DNA of 64,000 nt from Bilabrum cf. latius (Eukaryota), in assembly GCA_965178125.1 (NCBI GenBank), contig OZ237754.1:186001-250000 (forward strand), written 5' to 3'. This document shows positions 1-10,800 of the stretch, piece by piece. The position numbers were made by a program, and so were the translations under genes. The notes below the pieces were generated by a model, which saw only the letters and a list, made by a program, of their open reading frames with translations, was not told where the DNA came from and did no database searches. Position 1 is the first letter of the stretch. Every line of letters starts with the position of its first letter.

Positions 1-242
1 CGAGGCTTTGATGCAGCCATATCCGCAATAGAAGATGATCCATATGTAGCTTCTATGCTAGAACTCGAATCATATACCCCGCTCCCTCCTTCAGCGCCAC
101 CTGGAGCCCAAGTTGCAGCAGCAGTCGAGCCATACGTCGCACCAGACACTTTCGAGCCTTTGCTACGCTTCTTTTGCCACATTGCTTCCCGTGCAGATGC
201 AAGTGTGCCTTTGGGTAGGCTTGGAGGTATAACTTGTTCCAT
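1..242 (-). CDS. Possible 5' part of a gene running off the window edge (hypothetical protein)
   Basis: ATG at 242 opens a stop-free frame to position 1 (MEQVIPPSLPKGTLASAREAMWQKKRSKGSK...), divergent from Pelota across a 121-bp gap. No domain recognised. Confidence 0.35.
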   Translation of the reverse strand, partial: MEQVIPPSLPKGTLASAREAMWQKKRSKGSKVSGATYGSTAAATWAPGGAEGGSGVYDSSSSIEATYGSSSIADMAASKP

Positions 243-363
243 CACAATGCAATGGATTCCGCTTGTGCCATGGAAGCGACCTGTTGTTTGGTCTCCGCAA
301 TTGAGGCATTTTCAGTTTGATCGGAGCATGCCGATTGGCAAGTCTGTGCTTGTCGCCACAAAA

Positions 364-2357
364 ATGCGGATACGGCGGAAAAATATCGCGAAGGATGGGA
401 GCGGGAGCGTCGATATTCTTGCCGAGACTGCTGATGACATGTGGCACGTCCTAAACTTGGTCCAGGTTGGTGATGAGGTGCGCGCACCGACCTACAGGAA
501 GGTGAGGAGGGGTGTTTAGCTTGCTTGCCATGATTTGAGTGTCAAAGGCACTTGTCTCCTCGTATTGAGCACGGCACAAATCCGGTGCAGGTTGCAAAGG
601 AAGGTCTTTCGGGGTCCACCACAACAGAGAAGGTCGGTGTTACCCTCTCCGTGAAGGTAAGAACGCAGCGTCATTACACCAAAGCCGGTGCTGCACATGC
701 ACTAGGACCAATACAAGCAGTGCAGCTAATTCTTTCGCAGGTTGAGGCAGTCGAATACGACCAAACCAGTACCACGCTCCGTCTGAAGGGCAAGGTGTGC
801 AAGGCAAATAAATGGGTCCGGATGGGAGCATACCACACCCTGGAACTGTCGTCCAGTGCTCTCACGACAGGGGCACACAAATTTTCGCTGATCAAGCAGT
901 TTTGGGACTCGATGCACCTCAGCCGCCTGCACTCGGCCACGTCCATCAAGCACAAGGCAGAGGTGGCGGCTGTGGCGGTGAGCGGCTCCGAGTCCAGTGT
1001 GTGCCTCATCACGGACGCCATGACCATCCAGCTGGCCTCGATCGAGGCCAAGGCCCCCTCCAAGCGGGCCAGCTCGGCAGACCGCCGCGACAAGGCCATG
1101 AAGGCGTACTACCAGCGGATCACGGACGCCATCGCGCACCACCTGCCCCTGGATCGGATCAAGGCGCTCCTCATCGCCGGCCCGGGGCACTTCAAGGAAC
1201 AGCTCAGGATGCACCTGCTGGAAGCAAGGGCAGCCTCCAAGGGCACCGACTCCCTGCAGGCGCTCGAGCCCTCGAAGATAGTCATGGTGCAGGCCATGGG
1301 CGGGACCAAGGCCACCGTGCAAGCGGCCCTGGCCGACCCGGGCGTGGCCCGGAATCTGTCCGATACCCGCGCGGCGGGGGACGTGGCGGCGGTCGAGGAC
1401 TTCTTCAAGGCCATGCGCGAAGACGAGGACCGCACGGCCTACTCGTTCAAGCACGTCCGCACGGCTCTTGACTCGGCCGCGGTTGACACTCTGCTGCTTG
1501 CCGACGATCTCTTCCGGTCCCCCGATGTAAAGACCAGGGCGGCGTACGTGGCGCTGGCCGATGAGGCGAAAGGGCAAGGGGTGTCGGTGAGGGTGGTCTC
1601 CGGGATGCACCCCGCGGGGCAGCAGCTCGCCATGATGAGCGGGGTGGCGGCGCTGCTGAGGTATCCTATGCCGCACCTGCAGGAGATGGTGGAAGAAGCG
1701 GAGAAGGACAGGAGGGAGGGGAGGAGCGGTGGTGCGGGGGCGTCTTCGGGCGCGGGGACAGGCGGTGCGTCAGCTTCCGGGGCCGGTGCAGACGCGCGAG
1801 ATGTGCTGGAGCTGGGGCGGGGACGGGAGGGCGCGTGGCGCGGGGGCATGGACGAGGACAGCTCGACAGAGGAGGAGAGAGAGTCGGTGCCTGACCACAG
1901 GGACCACAGCTGGCTCTTAGCGGCGCTCGAGACGAGAGCTGGGGCTGGGGCGGGCGTGGTAGCTGCGGGGGGCGACGCGGCTGCAAGCGCTGCGGCAGCG
2001 GGCGCCGGGGAGGGCACGGATGCCTCGCTGCGGGTTGCGCGCGCCCCTGCCGAGCTGGATGCGGTGAGGAGGCGCAGGTGGTGCCAGGTACTGGCGTGCG
2101 AGGCAACGCGGCGGCGGGACGCAGAGCTGAGCGGGGCAGCGGCTTCCAGGCAGGAGGCAGGGGTATCGGCCACCACCGAGGTAGAAGCAGCCTACGGTAG
2201 CCTGATGCCCCCTCCCGGTCCTGTGCCGAGCAAGCTGGCCGAGTCGGCGGATGGAATGGATGAGACCTTGATGTGCAGGGCTATCAAACTAGCTGCTGGG
2301 ACAGGGGGTGGGGGCACGGCACCCGCGCCTTCGTCGGGTGCAAGTGGCGGAACATGA
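364..2357 (+). CDS. PELO: Pelota/Dom34 ribosome-rescue factor (eRF1 paralog), ~606 aa with a low-complexity C-terminal extension
   Basis: Exons 364-501, 591-656, 741-2357; GT-AG introns 502-590 and 657-740. Motifs MRIRRKNIAKDGSGSV, DDMWHVLNLVQVGD, LRLKG, VRMGAYHTLEL, KQFWDS, LLLADDLFRS and GQQLAMMSGVAALLRYP match the Pelota family. Ends in TGA; no in-frame TAG. Confidence 0.95.
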
Positions 2358-2503
2358 TGGAACATGAGTGCACGCATAGCATATCTGATAATTAGATTCT
2401 GATTCCACAGTATGGCAAACACCACTTTGCGCAAAATTTACGAGTGCGCATCGCTCCATGAGAATTCAAAGAGTGCCAGCTGCGAATGCCAAGGTCACTG
2501 GCA

Positions 2504-5500
2504 TTAGCTCTGCCTGCTGTCGTACGAAGCCTGCGTCTCTCGCCGGTCGCCCTCGCTCCCCGCCCCATCGCCGAAATCTTCGGGGACGTATCCCCCCCAC
2601 GAGGTATCCGTCATCCCACGCACACCTCCGCCGCGAGGCATGGCTTGCACAGTTCGACCCCGGTCGCCATCCCCTTCGGCTTCGCCTCCCCAGCGCGTCC
2701 GGCCCCGGCCGCTCCCGCTGCCGTAGGCTTGCATCCTGCCGACTCCAGCGTCCAGCGGGCTGGGGGGCGCGCGGTCCGCTGGTGATCTGTCCGGTCGGAT
2801 CTGCGGAGTGCCCAGCTCGAGGCTCGGTGGCATCCCGGGTGCCTCCCCCGTGTCCCCGTCCGACCTCTGGGTGTTCGAGGGGCGGGAGGGTCCAGAGCCC
2901 GCGGACGTGTGCACTGACCTGGACTCGACCTGCGTGGACAGCAGGGGTCGGTGCCGCTGGGACCCGAATCGAGACCTGGACCGAGACAGCGCCGCCCCAT
3001 TCCGGTCCGAGTACGACTGCGACATCCCAGAGGTGGGCGCTCCAGCGGCGGCGGCAGACCCTGAGAGAGACACGGCCCTGTCGTCCAGCGAGGAGCCGAG
3101 CTTGCCATCGCCCCTGCCGCCTGTGCCGAGGGGCAGCGGGCGCGCGCGGGGGGACCCAGACCCCGGCCCGCGCGGCACCATCCGTTGCTGGTGCTGCTGC
3201 CGCTGCATGTACTCTTGCCGCTGCCTCTGCTGCTGCTGGTATTGCTTCGCCTGCGGGTCTGCAACGAGCGGCCCGGTGGCTGGGCTCCTCACCAGCCCTG
3301 CCCTCGGCGAGGACGACGACTGTCCTCGCGGTCGTCTGCCCGCCCTCCCCGGGGCACTTGCCTGCATGAAACCGCTGGGGGGTAGACCGGGGGAGCGAGG
3401 GGATGCCTGCATGTGGTCCGTCCCGGTCGTGGCAGCGGGCATGGGCGCCAGCCTGTAGGTGGATCCCGTGGCAGACCCAGACCTGCCCTGGGACTGAGAC
3501 GCGCTCGCCGATCCGCGGGAACCCCTGGGAGACCTCGGTTGCAGCGAGACGACAGAGGGGCGCGGGCGGGCGCCGCTGGGACTCCCAGGCGACCTCAGCC
3601 CGGAGAAACCGCTGAAATCCGTCGTGGTGGTCTTCCTCCCCCTGCCGCCCCCGCTGGTGGCGCTGCCAGCGCCCTGTCCCGAGCTGGAGGTGCTCGCTGC
3701 GTGGCCCCTGCTGTAAGAGGACCGCCCCCCGCGCGTGGACGAAGCGCTGGGCAGGTGGATGCTCCTGGGACCCTTGCTCTCGGACGCTGGCACGGAGGAC
3801 AGATAGCCCCGGGGCACGCCTTCCCTGTCCACGTCCTTGCCACCGTGCACGCTCGCAACAGCGCCGCCGGGCGGTCCGGGGCCTGGGTCCGTGCCCGACG
3901 CCTCTCGTCCTGCGCCTGCCGTACTATGCCCGGCGGAATCGAGTCCGGGGCGTCCGTCCGAATTCCTGCTGGCCCTGCTGGCCCTGTCTCCCTCGCTGGA
4001 CCAGAAGCTGGCGCCGGAGGGGACCAGGTTCAGCACGCCTGCCTCGCTCACCTGTCCGGTGTCGCTGACGCCCGCAGGCGTCGCTCCGCTCCGCTGGCTC
4101 CCGGACCCCCGCCACGGCCCGCCAGACTCGCGGTAGGCCAGTCCGAGCACGTCGCCGTCCAAACCCCCGCCTGCACCCCCACTTCCCCCCCTGCCACCGC
4201 CAGCAGCGCCAGCGCTGTCAGGGGCTCCGTCCAAGCCGACAAAGAACCCGCTGCTGCCCGCGCTGTGGGCGAACCCCCCCGCCCGCTCGAAGGCCACGGG
4301 AGCATCGCCGGACAGCCCACTGCCCCCAGGCACCGGCGACTCGCCAGCAGCCCCTGCGCCGTCGCGGCCGCTGCTGCCGCCCAGGCTCTGAGTCGGGTCC
4401 AGTGGAGACCCACCGGCCATCCCGCGGCCCGGCCCCCTCCCCGCGCCCCCCCCCACCTCCACGTCGCGGTATTTGGCCGCCACTTCGATAGCCGCCAGCC
4501 TCCCTCCGTCCTGCCTCAGCATCCTGTTCCGCAGCCCCGCATCCCTGCCGTCGTCGTCCATCACGCGCCCCGCCTCGTCGCCCTCCACGGGGAAGTACTG
4601 CAGAAAGTCCGCAAACTCGTCCATCCAGTCGTACGCCTCAGTGTACGCGCCGCAGCACACGGAGCTGCAGCCCTCGGTGCATTGCACTGCAGGAAGAGGT
4701 TCCCCGAACTCGGTGCCGGCCACCGACGCCGTGCCCATCGCATCGCTGCGCATCGACACGGCATCCCCCTCCAGCTCAACCTCGGTGGCGCTGCCGTCCC
4801 CGAACTCGCCGTGCTCCTCGCGGTCGTGGTCTCGCAGCAGCGGCTCCATCAGTCCGCCCGACTCGGCCGACGACACGCGGCTGGGCCCAGCCCTGCTTCC
4901 AACGGGCTGGCATCGCCCCGGCTCTGCCAGCACCCCGCCTGCACGACGGCTGCTGCCGACGTCGCTTGGAGACTGCTGCAGGAACGGGAAGTCGTCTGCC
5001 TCCAGCGCACGGCCCTCGCGGCTGCTCTCGCGGTGCCTTGGTCTCCTCTCTCTGCTATGCGAGACTCCATCCATCACACCCTTGCTGGACTGTGGCCCCG
5101 TCCCGTTCAGCGGCTCGTGATGGGGCCGCGGGGCATCCTTGTTCCAGAGGCGATACAGGGCGTGGGGCAGCCTCCTGCCGTCGTTGGGCGAGTCGCTGTC
5201 CCTGGTCGCCTCCCTGTCCGGCTCATCGCTGTCGCTTGCTGGGGCTGCGATGGTCAGGCTCCTGCCGCTCCTGTGGCTGCGGTTGCTGCGCTGCGACCGG
5301 TGGCTGGACCTGCGCTGGGCCCTTCCTCCCTTTGCTCCCGTTCCCTGTCGGCTGCTCCTGCTGCGGGTCCTAGATACCCTTCGAGCAACGTTTTTGGATC
5401 CGCCCCCGGCAACCCTACCAGCGTTGGCATCTCCGTCGTCGTCACCGAATAAAATCGCCCTGTACCCTCCCCCGAACCCTCTGCCTCGCCTCCCTGAACC

Positions 5501-7639
5501 GCCGTACGCCCCGCCCGCACCCCCGCCGCCAAAGTCATCCCTCCTGTCCTCGAATCCCAGCGTGTCCAGGAGCTCGGAGGCCGGTGACTGCCTTCCTCCA
5601 CTGATCCCATGGTCCAGATCAAGATCACTGGAATCGCCCCTGCCCATCCCGTGACCGCCATGCCGGGGTGGTGCCGGCGGTGGCCTTTGCACGCTGCCCT
5701 CGCCAGATGCCTCTCGTGCAGCCATGCGCCCATGCTGCCCCGATCCGCTCATCATCGCCTGCACCACGTCTTGCGGTGGCATCCCGCGCCCCTTGGGCTC
5801 TCGAAGCAAGCTGCCGGCGCCCATGCGGAGCGTGTCTGGCAGGTCCGTGGAGCGCGATCCCGCGTGCCAGCCGTCGTGTCCACCGAATTGAGACACTCCT
5901 CCCACGGGAGGGGCGGGCGGCACCCGTATGACTAGGCTCTTCTGTGCCTCGCTTGTGTGCGCCCTCTGCCTCCCATACCCTCCCATGCCGTCACCTGCAG
6001 CAGCAGCAGCGGCAGCAGCTGCGGCGTCCGTTGCAGCGCCGCTCCCGCGCCTGGAGTTCCCCGCGCCGCTTGGCCCCGAGGACTCGCCAGACAGGAGCAT
6101 GCCTGCACCCGATGAGCCCACCGCTAGACTGACGCTGCTGCCCCCGGCTGGCGCGCCTCTACCCATCAGGCCGAACGAATACCGGCCGTTTCCCGCCCTC
6201 CAAGCCGAAGCCGACATGGCCAGCTGGCTGCCCGGCAGCGAAGACTCGGCTACGCTCCTCTGTGACGACGAAGCCTGGCTTGAACTGAGCCCGTCACCGC
6301 TCCCTTGTTCCCTACCCCCGCTTCTCGTCCCGCCCATGCCATTCCCACCCCTACTTTCCTCCCCCTCTCCGGGTCTCACGAAGCCCACCCTCTCCGCCAT
6401 GTCCCGCAGCGTGACCTCTTCGTACTGGGCGCACAGCCTGTCCCGCCGCATCCTCCTCCAGCGCTGGAACGCCTCCGCCCTTCCTCTGCAGCACAGCGGG
6501 CCACACACGGCCAGGCACACCGCCTCCTTCCGCCCGCACTTGCACAGCACCCACAGCGCCCGGCGCCACCCGTGCGGGGGCTCCTCGGCAGTCAGCGCCA
6601 GCGCCAGTGCCACGGGCAGGGTTTCCACCAAGCCGAAGAAAAGGACGTGCTGCAGCTTGACGGGGGGAAAGGTGCTAAGTCGAAACACGTGCTGGGGAAT
6701 GACCTGCCAAATATCAAAGGCCGCCCGACCGAAGAAGAGGAGCGCGAGCAGTACGCTGAGCGCCACCGTGGTGGTGTGCGAGCGCGGGAGGGCGGTCTTG
6801 GCGTACGTGTCAGCGTCCAGGCCCCACAGCTCCGAGGCAAATTGCGACAGGAGCAGGCACAGCGACAGGTACACGATCGCGCTGAATACCGGCTGCATGA
6901 TGGCCACGGCCCGCGCGAGTCCCTTGCTCGTGGAGGACTGCAGGGTGAGCGCCACCTCCACCACGTTGAGCACGCCCAGGACCAGGACCGCCGTGCCGTA
7001 CACGATGGTGGCCAGGCTCACGTACATTCCGCAGCATCTGCAGGCCCCATCGTTCTCGCTCGTGCTGCTGCCGCCGGACCCGCCGCCGGACTGCGGCCTC
7101 TGCTGAGGGCCCAGGGCAGGCTAGGCCGAGCTTCCGGCCGCCGCCGCTCGAATCTACTCCAGCAGCTCGAGCCCGCCCTTGACGTCCACTGTTGTATTAA
7201 TAGGCGTCACTGGGTTGTTGTCGCTGTCCAGATCAATTCCTTCGCTCCCAGCTAGCAGGGTCGGTAGCAGCGAGGAGCGTGTCAAATATGCATATGAAAC
7301 CAGCCATAGAGCGAAGCCTGCAAATTGAACGGTCGTCGGCAATAAATATGCGATTTCAACCCAGTTGGTGGCGTCTTCGTTGCTGGCAAAAAAAACTAGG
7401 CAGCGCAAAGGCAACCAGAGCAGCGCGAGCACGAGAAATACCTGGTGGTACGTCAAATTACATCGGGCCCTTGGTCCCCGCCCCTATGAGATTCCTAGCT
7501 GTAAAAGCGCCCATACCCAGCAAAAAATGTACATGCTGCATATGATCCATACCCATGGATTTAACACCGGCGCGTAGACATGGATGTGATGCGAAGGCTG
7601 GATTGGCGACGGGTCTGGACCGGCCACCAAGCTCGGCAT
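2504..7639 (-). CDS. GPR137/THH1-TOM1-like multi-pass membrane protein with a very long Gly/Ser/Arg-rich C-terminal tail (~1711 aa if TAG=Gln)
   Basis: One frame from ATG 7639 to TAA 2504, crossing 3 TAGs (7484, 7154, 7121). Segments LTYHQVFLVLALLWLPLRCLVFF, YLLPTTVQFAGFALW and FFGLVETLP resemble the GPR137 motifs [31 protein letters not shown] and WELLP. Confidence 0.75.
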
Positions 7640-7835
7640 GGGGTGCTTAGAACCCCGGCAGGCACAATGAGCTCGATTTCAATTGAGCGAGCGAAAACGT
7701 AGTGCTGAACTTGCTCTGTTCGCGTATAATGGAGCGCCGAGAATCTGGCCGAGATTCGATGAAGGTTCGTTTGGCCCAACTTGGAAGGTTCGACTCGTGC
7801 TCGCTAGCGAAGCACTCGTGGTGGTGCGGCTTCAA

Positions 7836-10800
7836 TCAACGAAATTTTCGGACCACCACCGCGTCCTCAATCTCCCGGTGAAGCTGCACGAACTCTGGCG
7901 GCACCATTCGGTGCAGGGCAACGCCTACCCACGCCCGCACCCGTGCTCCAATGGCACACCGCACCGCAGCCCGCAGCGGCGCCACCACCAGCGGGTGCGC
8001 CCCGACGACCATCAGCACCGTCGCGATACACCGCACCGCGAGCACGATCGACTGCACGCTCAGCCCAGGCATCGCTGCAGCGAGCCCCTTGCCCGCGCCG
8101 CCTGCACCAGGACACAGGTCCCAATCGCAGCCCCCCGTCACCGCGCCTTGCACGGCGGCATGCGCCAGCAGCGCCCTGCACGCCATCGCCACCGTCGACC
8201 GCCCGGCGAGCTCGATGTGCGACACGCGCAGCCGACTCCTCAGCGCTGCAGCCCGCGCGCGACCCTCCGGCGAGGCCCCCTGGCCCCCGCACTCGCAGTC
8301 CTCGTCCCTTGGCCGCCAAGAGCAGAGGAGGGCGTAGAGCACGGAGCGGCGGGCCCAGGCATGCACGGGGACCTGCTTGCCCTTGCTGGTCGATGGCACT
8401 GCCATGGCCTCTTGCACCTCCGATGGCTCGCTGTTCGCCGCCCACAGCCTCCACTGAAAGCACGCATCGTCGTGCACCAGGTCCACAGTGTACGTGCTCG
8501 CTGCCAGCCGAGATACAGCCATGCCGTGCCTCCAGAATGCAGCGCACTGCGGCACACTCGCCTGCCAGTCGAGCTGTCCCGCACGATCCACTCGCTGTCC
8601 GTACCACCACCCCCACCCCCGCTGCTGCTGCTGCTGCCCGGCACGCACCACAGAAGTGGTAGTGCTGCCTGACCCCGCCGAGTGGGAAGCTACGAGGCGC
8701 GTCCCGCTGCCGCTGCCCGCGCTCAATGACGCGCTCAGGGAACCGCTCGAGATGCTGCTTGACAGCGAGAAGCCGCTGTTGTCCCCGGAGAGCATAGGCG
8801 GATCAGACTCCTTGGCTCCGCTTTGGGGCTTGGATGCGCTTGACGACACGGGGCCCGTCAGCCCCACAGGCGCTGTCACCCCAGCAGCAGCATCATCATC
8901 GCCCCCGAATCCCTTGGACAGGCAGCCTCGCACCTGTTCCTCGATCGGCTCTGCCACGGCCGGTACGTCGCAATCGATGCACCCTAGCGGCACAAAGGTC
9001 GGGAGGGGTCGCAAGCAGTACTGCCCGTCGAAGACAACCGCTAGATTGGAGAGGCAGACACCCAGCTGGGACCAGATGCGAGGGCGCCAAACGGTCGAAT
9101 ACATCATCGGCTGGTGTCTGCGCCGCATGGCCGTTAGGTCCGACAGCACCTGCATGGCAGATCCCGCCTCGAGACCTGCCCACAGGCAGTGCAGCAGGGC
9201 GGCCACGATGGTGCTGGGCTGCGCGTGCCCCAGCCTCGAACTACCAAGCTGCAGCTGGCGGACAGTGCCGCTGACTCGCCTGGACGTCCACATCCAGTTC
9301 CTGGCCGCGTCCATGTCGCCGAGGCGCCGAGCACCCACCTTGGTCCCGCCCAGCTGTCCCTGGGCCGCGGGCGGTATCGACCGAGGTCGCCTCTCCGGAG
9401 CGAAATCGCTGCTCCTGCTGGACCTTCCCTGCTGCCCCCTGCGATGGCAGGCTGGGCTAGGGCTTCGAGAGGCAGTGGACGCCTCCTCCATCTGCATGGC
9501 TTCCCGCTTCTCTTCCATCTCCAGCTGCTGCAAGAGGCCGGCAGACGCGCGGGCCCTGTCGTCCGAGTCGTCGCTGCCGCGCGGTCCCGCTTGCTCATCC
9601 CCCGATGCAGCAGCTCTACGCATCACCCCCAGGCCCGACTCAGAAGATGTGAAGCGCCGCAGCGAAGAGGCATACATGGCACCCGAGCGGCGAGACGCGG
9701 TGCTCTCGTCCATCATGTCTTCATCCCCGTCCTCGTCCTCGGCCTCGTCGTCATCCTCTTCGTCACTGGAGCCCTGGCTCAGGAACGGGCCCTAGCGCTT
9801 TCTTGATTTGCCCGCATCGCTTTCATCTGACCCGCTGCTGTCGCTCGAGGAGCCGCCCTGCCTCCGCCGCCCCTAGGCTCTTCGTTCCCTGCTTCGCTTG
9901 CCGGAAGAGACCGGAGCCCACAGGGATCGCACAAAGTCGATCGAGCTGCGCTTCTCCAGGCAGAGTGCACGCCGACTCGGCTTGGCTGCGCTTGCTGCGC
10001 TGCCGGCGCTGCCGCTCCCAGCTGCCCATCGGCGCAGGGCAGGCAGCAGCTCGCCATCGAACTGGGCCGGCACGCATTTGGGGAACGCTTCCCTCCCGTC
10101 AAAATCGCAGTCGTCCTGCGCCTACGTCCTGTCGGGCAGCTCGATCGACTCGAACAGCTGCTGCACGTGCTGCAAAACGTCGTGATTCACCAGGTCTGCC
10201 TGACGAGGGGCCGACACGGGGGCAAAGGAAGATACAGCGCTGGGCACTTTCGCGGCTCGTAGAGTGAAGCGAGCCGCCGCAGACTCGAGGGCAGCGTCAC
10301 AGGCGGTGCCGGGCCCATCGGATCGGACCATCCCCGGAGCCGTGGGCTCTTTTGAGCCATTGGCTGCCTCCACTGCCTGACCGGCCGATGCAACATCAGG
10401 GTCCACCTCTTCGATCCCCATAACCTTGGTCTCCTGCCGCTCCTGCATATCTAGGGCCTCAGCTATGTCCAGCAGGCGGTCATCCAGCGGATCATCGTCT
10501 CCATCGTCATCCTGCATGGCAGCCCGGGCAGAAGTGTCACCACTGCTTCCAGCTGCATCCGATGCGGCAGCAGCCGCAAACACATCCTCGGCAGATTGCT
10601 TCACAACCAGGGCAGTGAGCGTGTCCGTGTCCAAGAAACGGCACGCGGCGATGAGCGACTGCAGCTTGCTGTGCCCGTGCACTTCGCCGCCTGCGAGTTG
10701 GCCGGAGCTCTTCTGGGATGCATTGTCCCGCGCCATCTCAGAGACCAGCTGCCAGGTGGCATGCAGCCCAAGGAACGCCGCGCACACCCTCAGCCCATAC

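Noticed and set aside
364-2357. Calling this gene eRF1 and linking it directly to the code change
   Set aside because: It has the Pelota N-domain (DDMWH, GAYHTLEL) and lacks the eRF1 NIKS and GGQ motifs.
3413-9795. Long plus-strand ORFs 3413-5452, 5928-7106, 7683-8672, 8488-9795 and similar overlapping ORFs elsewhere (e.g. 38200-39609, 49235-50482, 60251-61456)
   Set aside because: Shadow ORFs expected in GC-rich coding DNA; they overlap better-supported genes and show no recognisable motifs.
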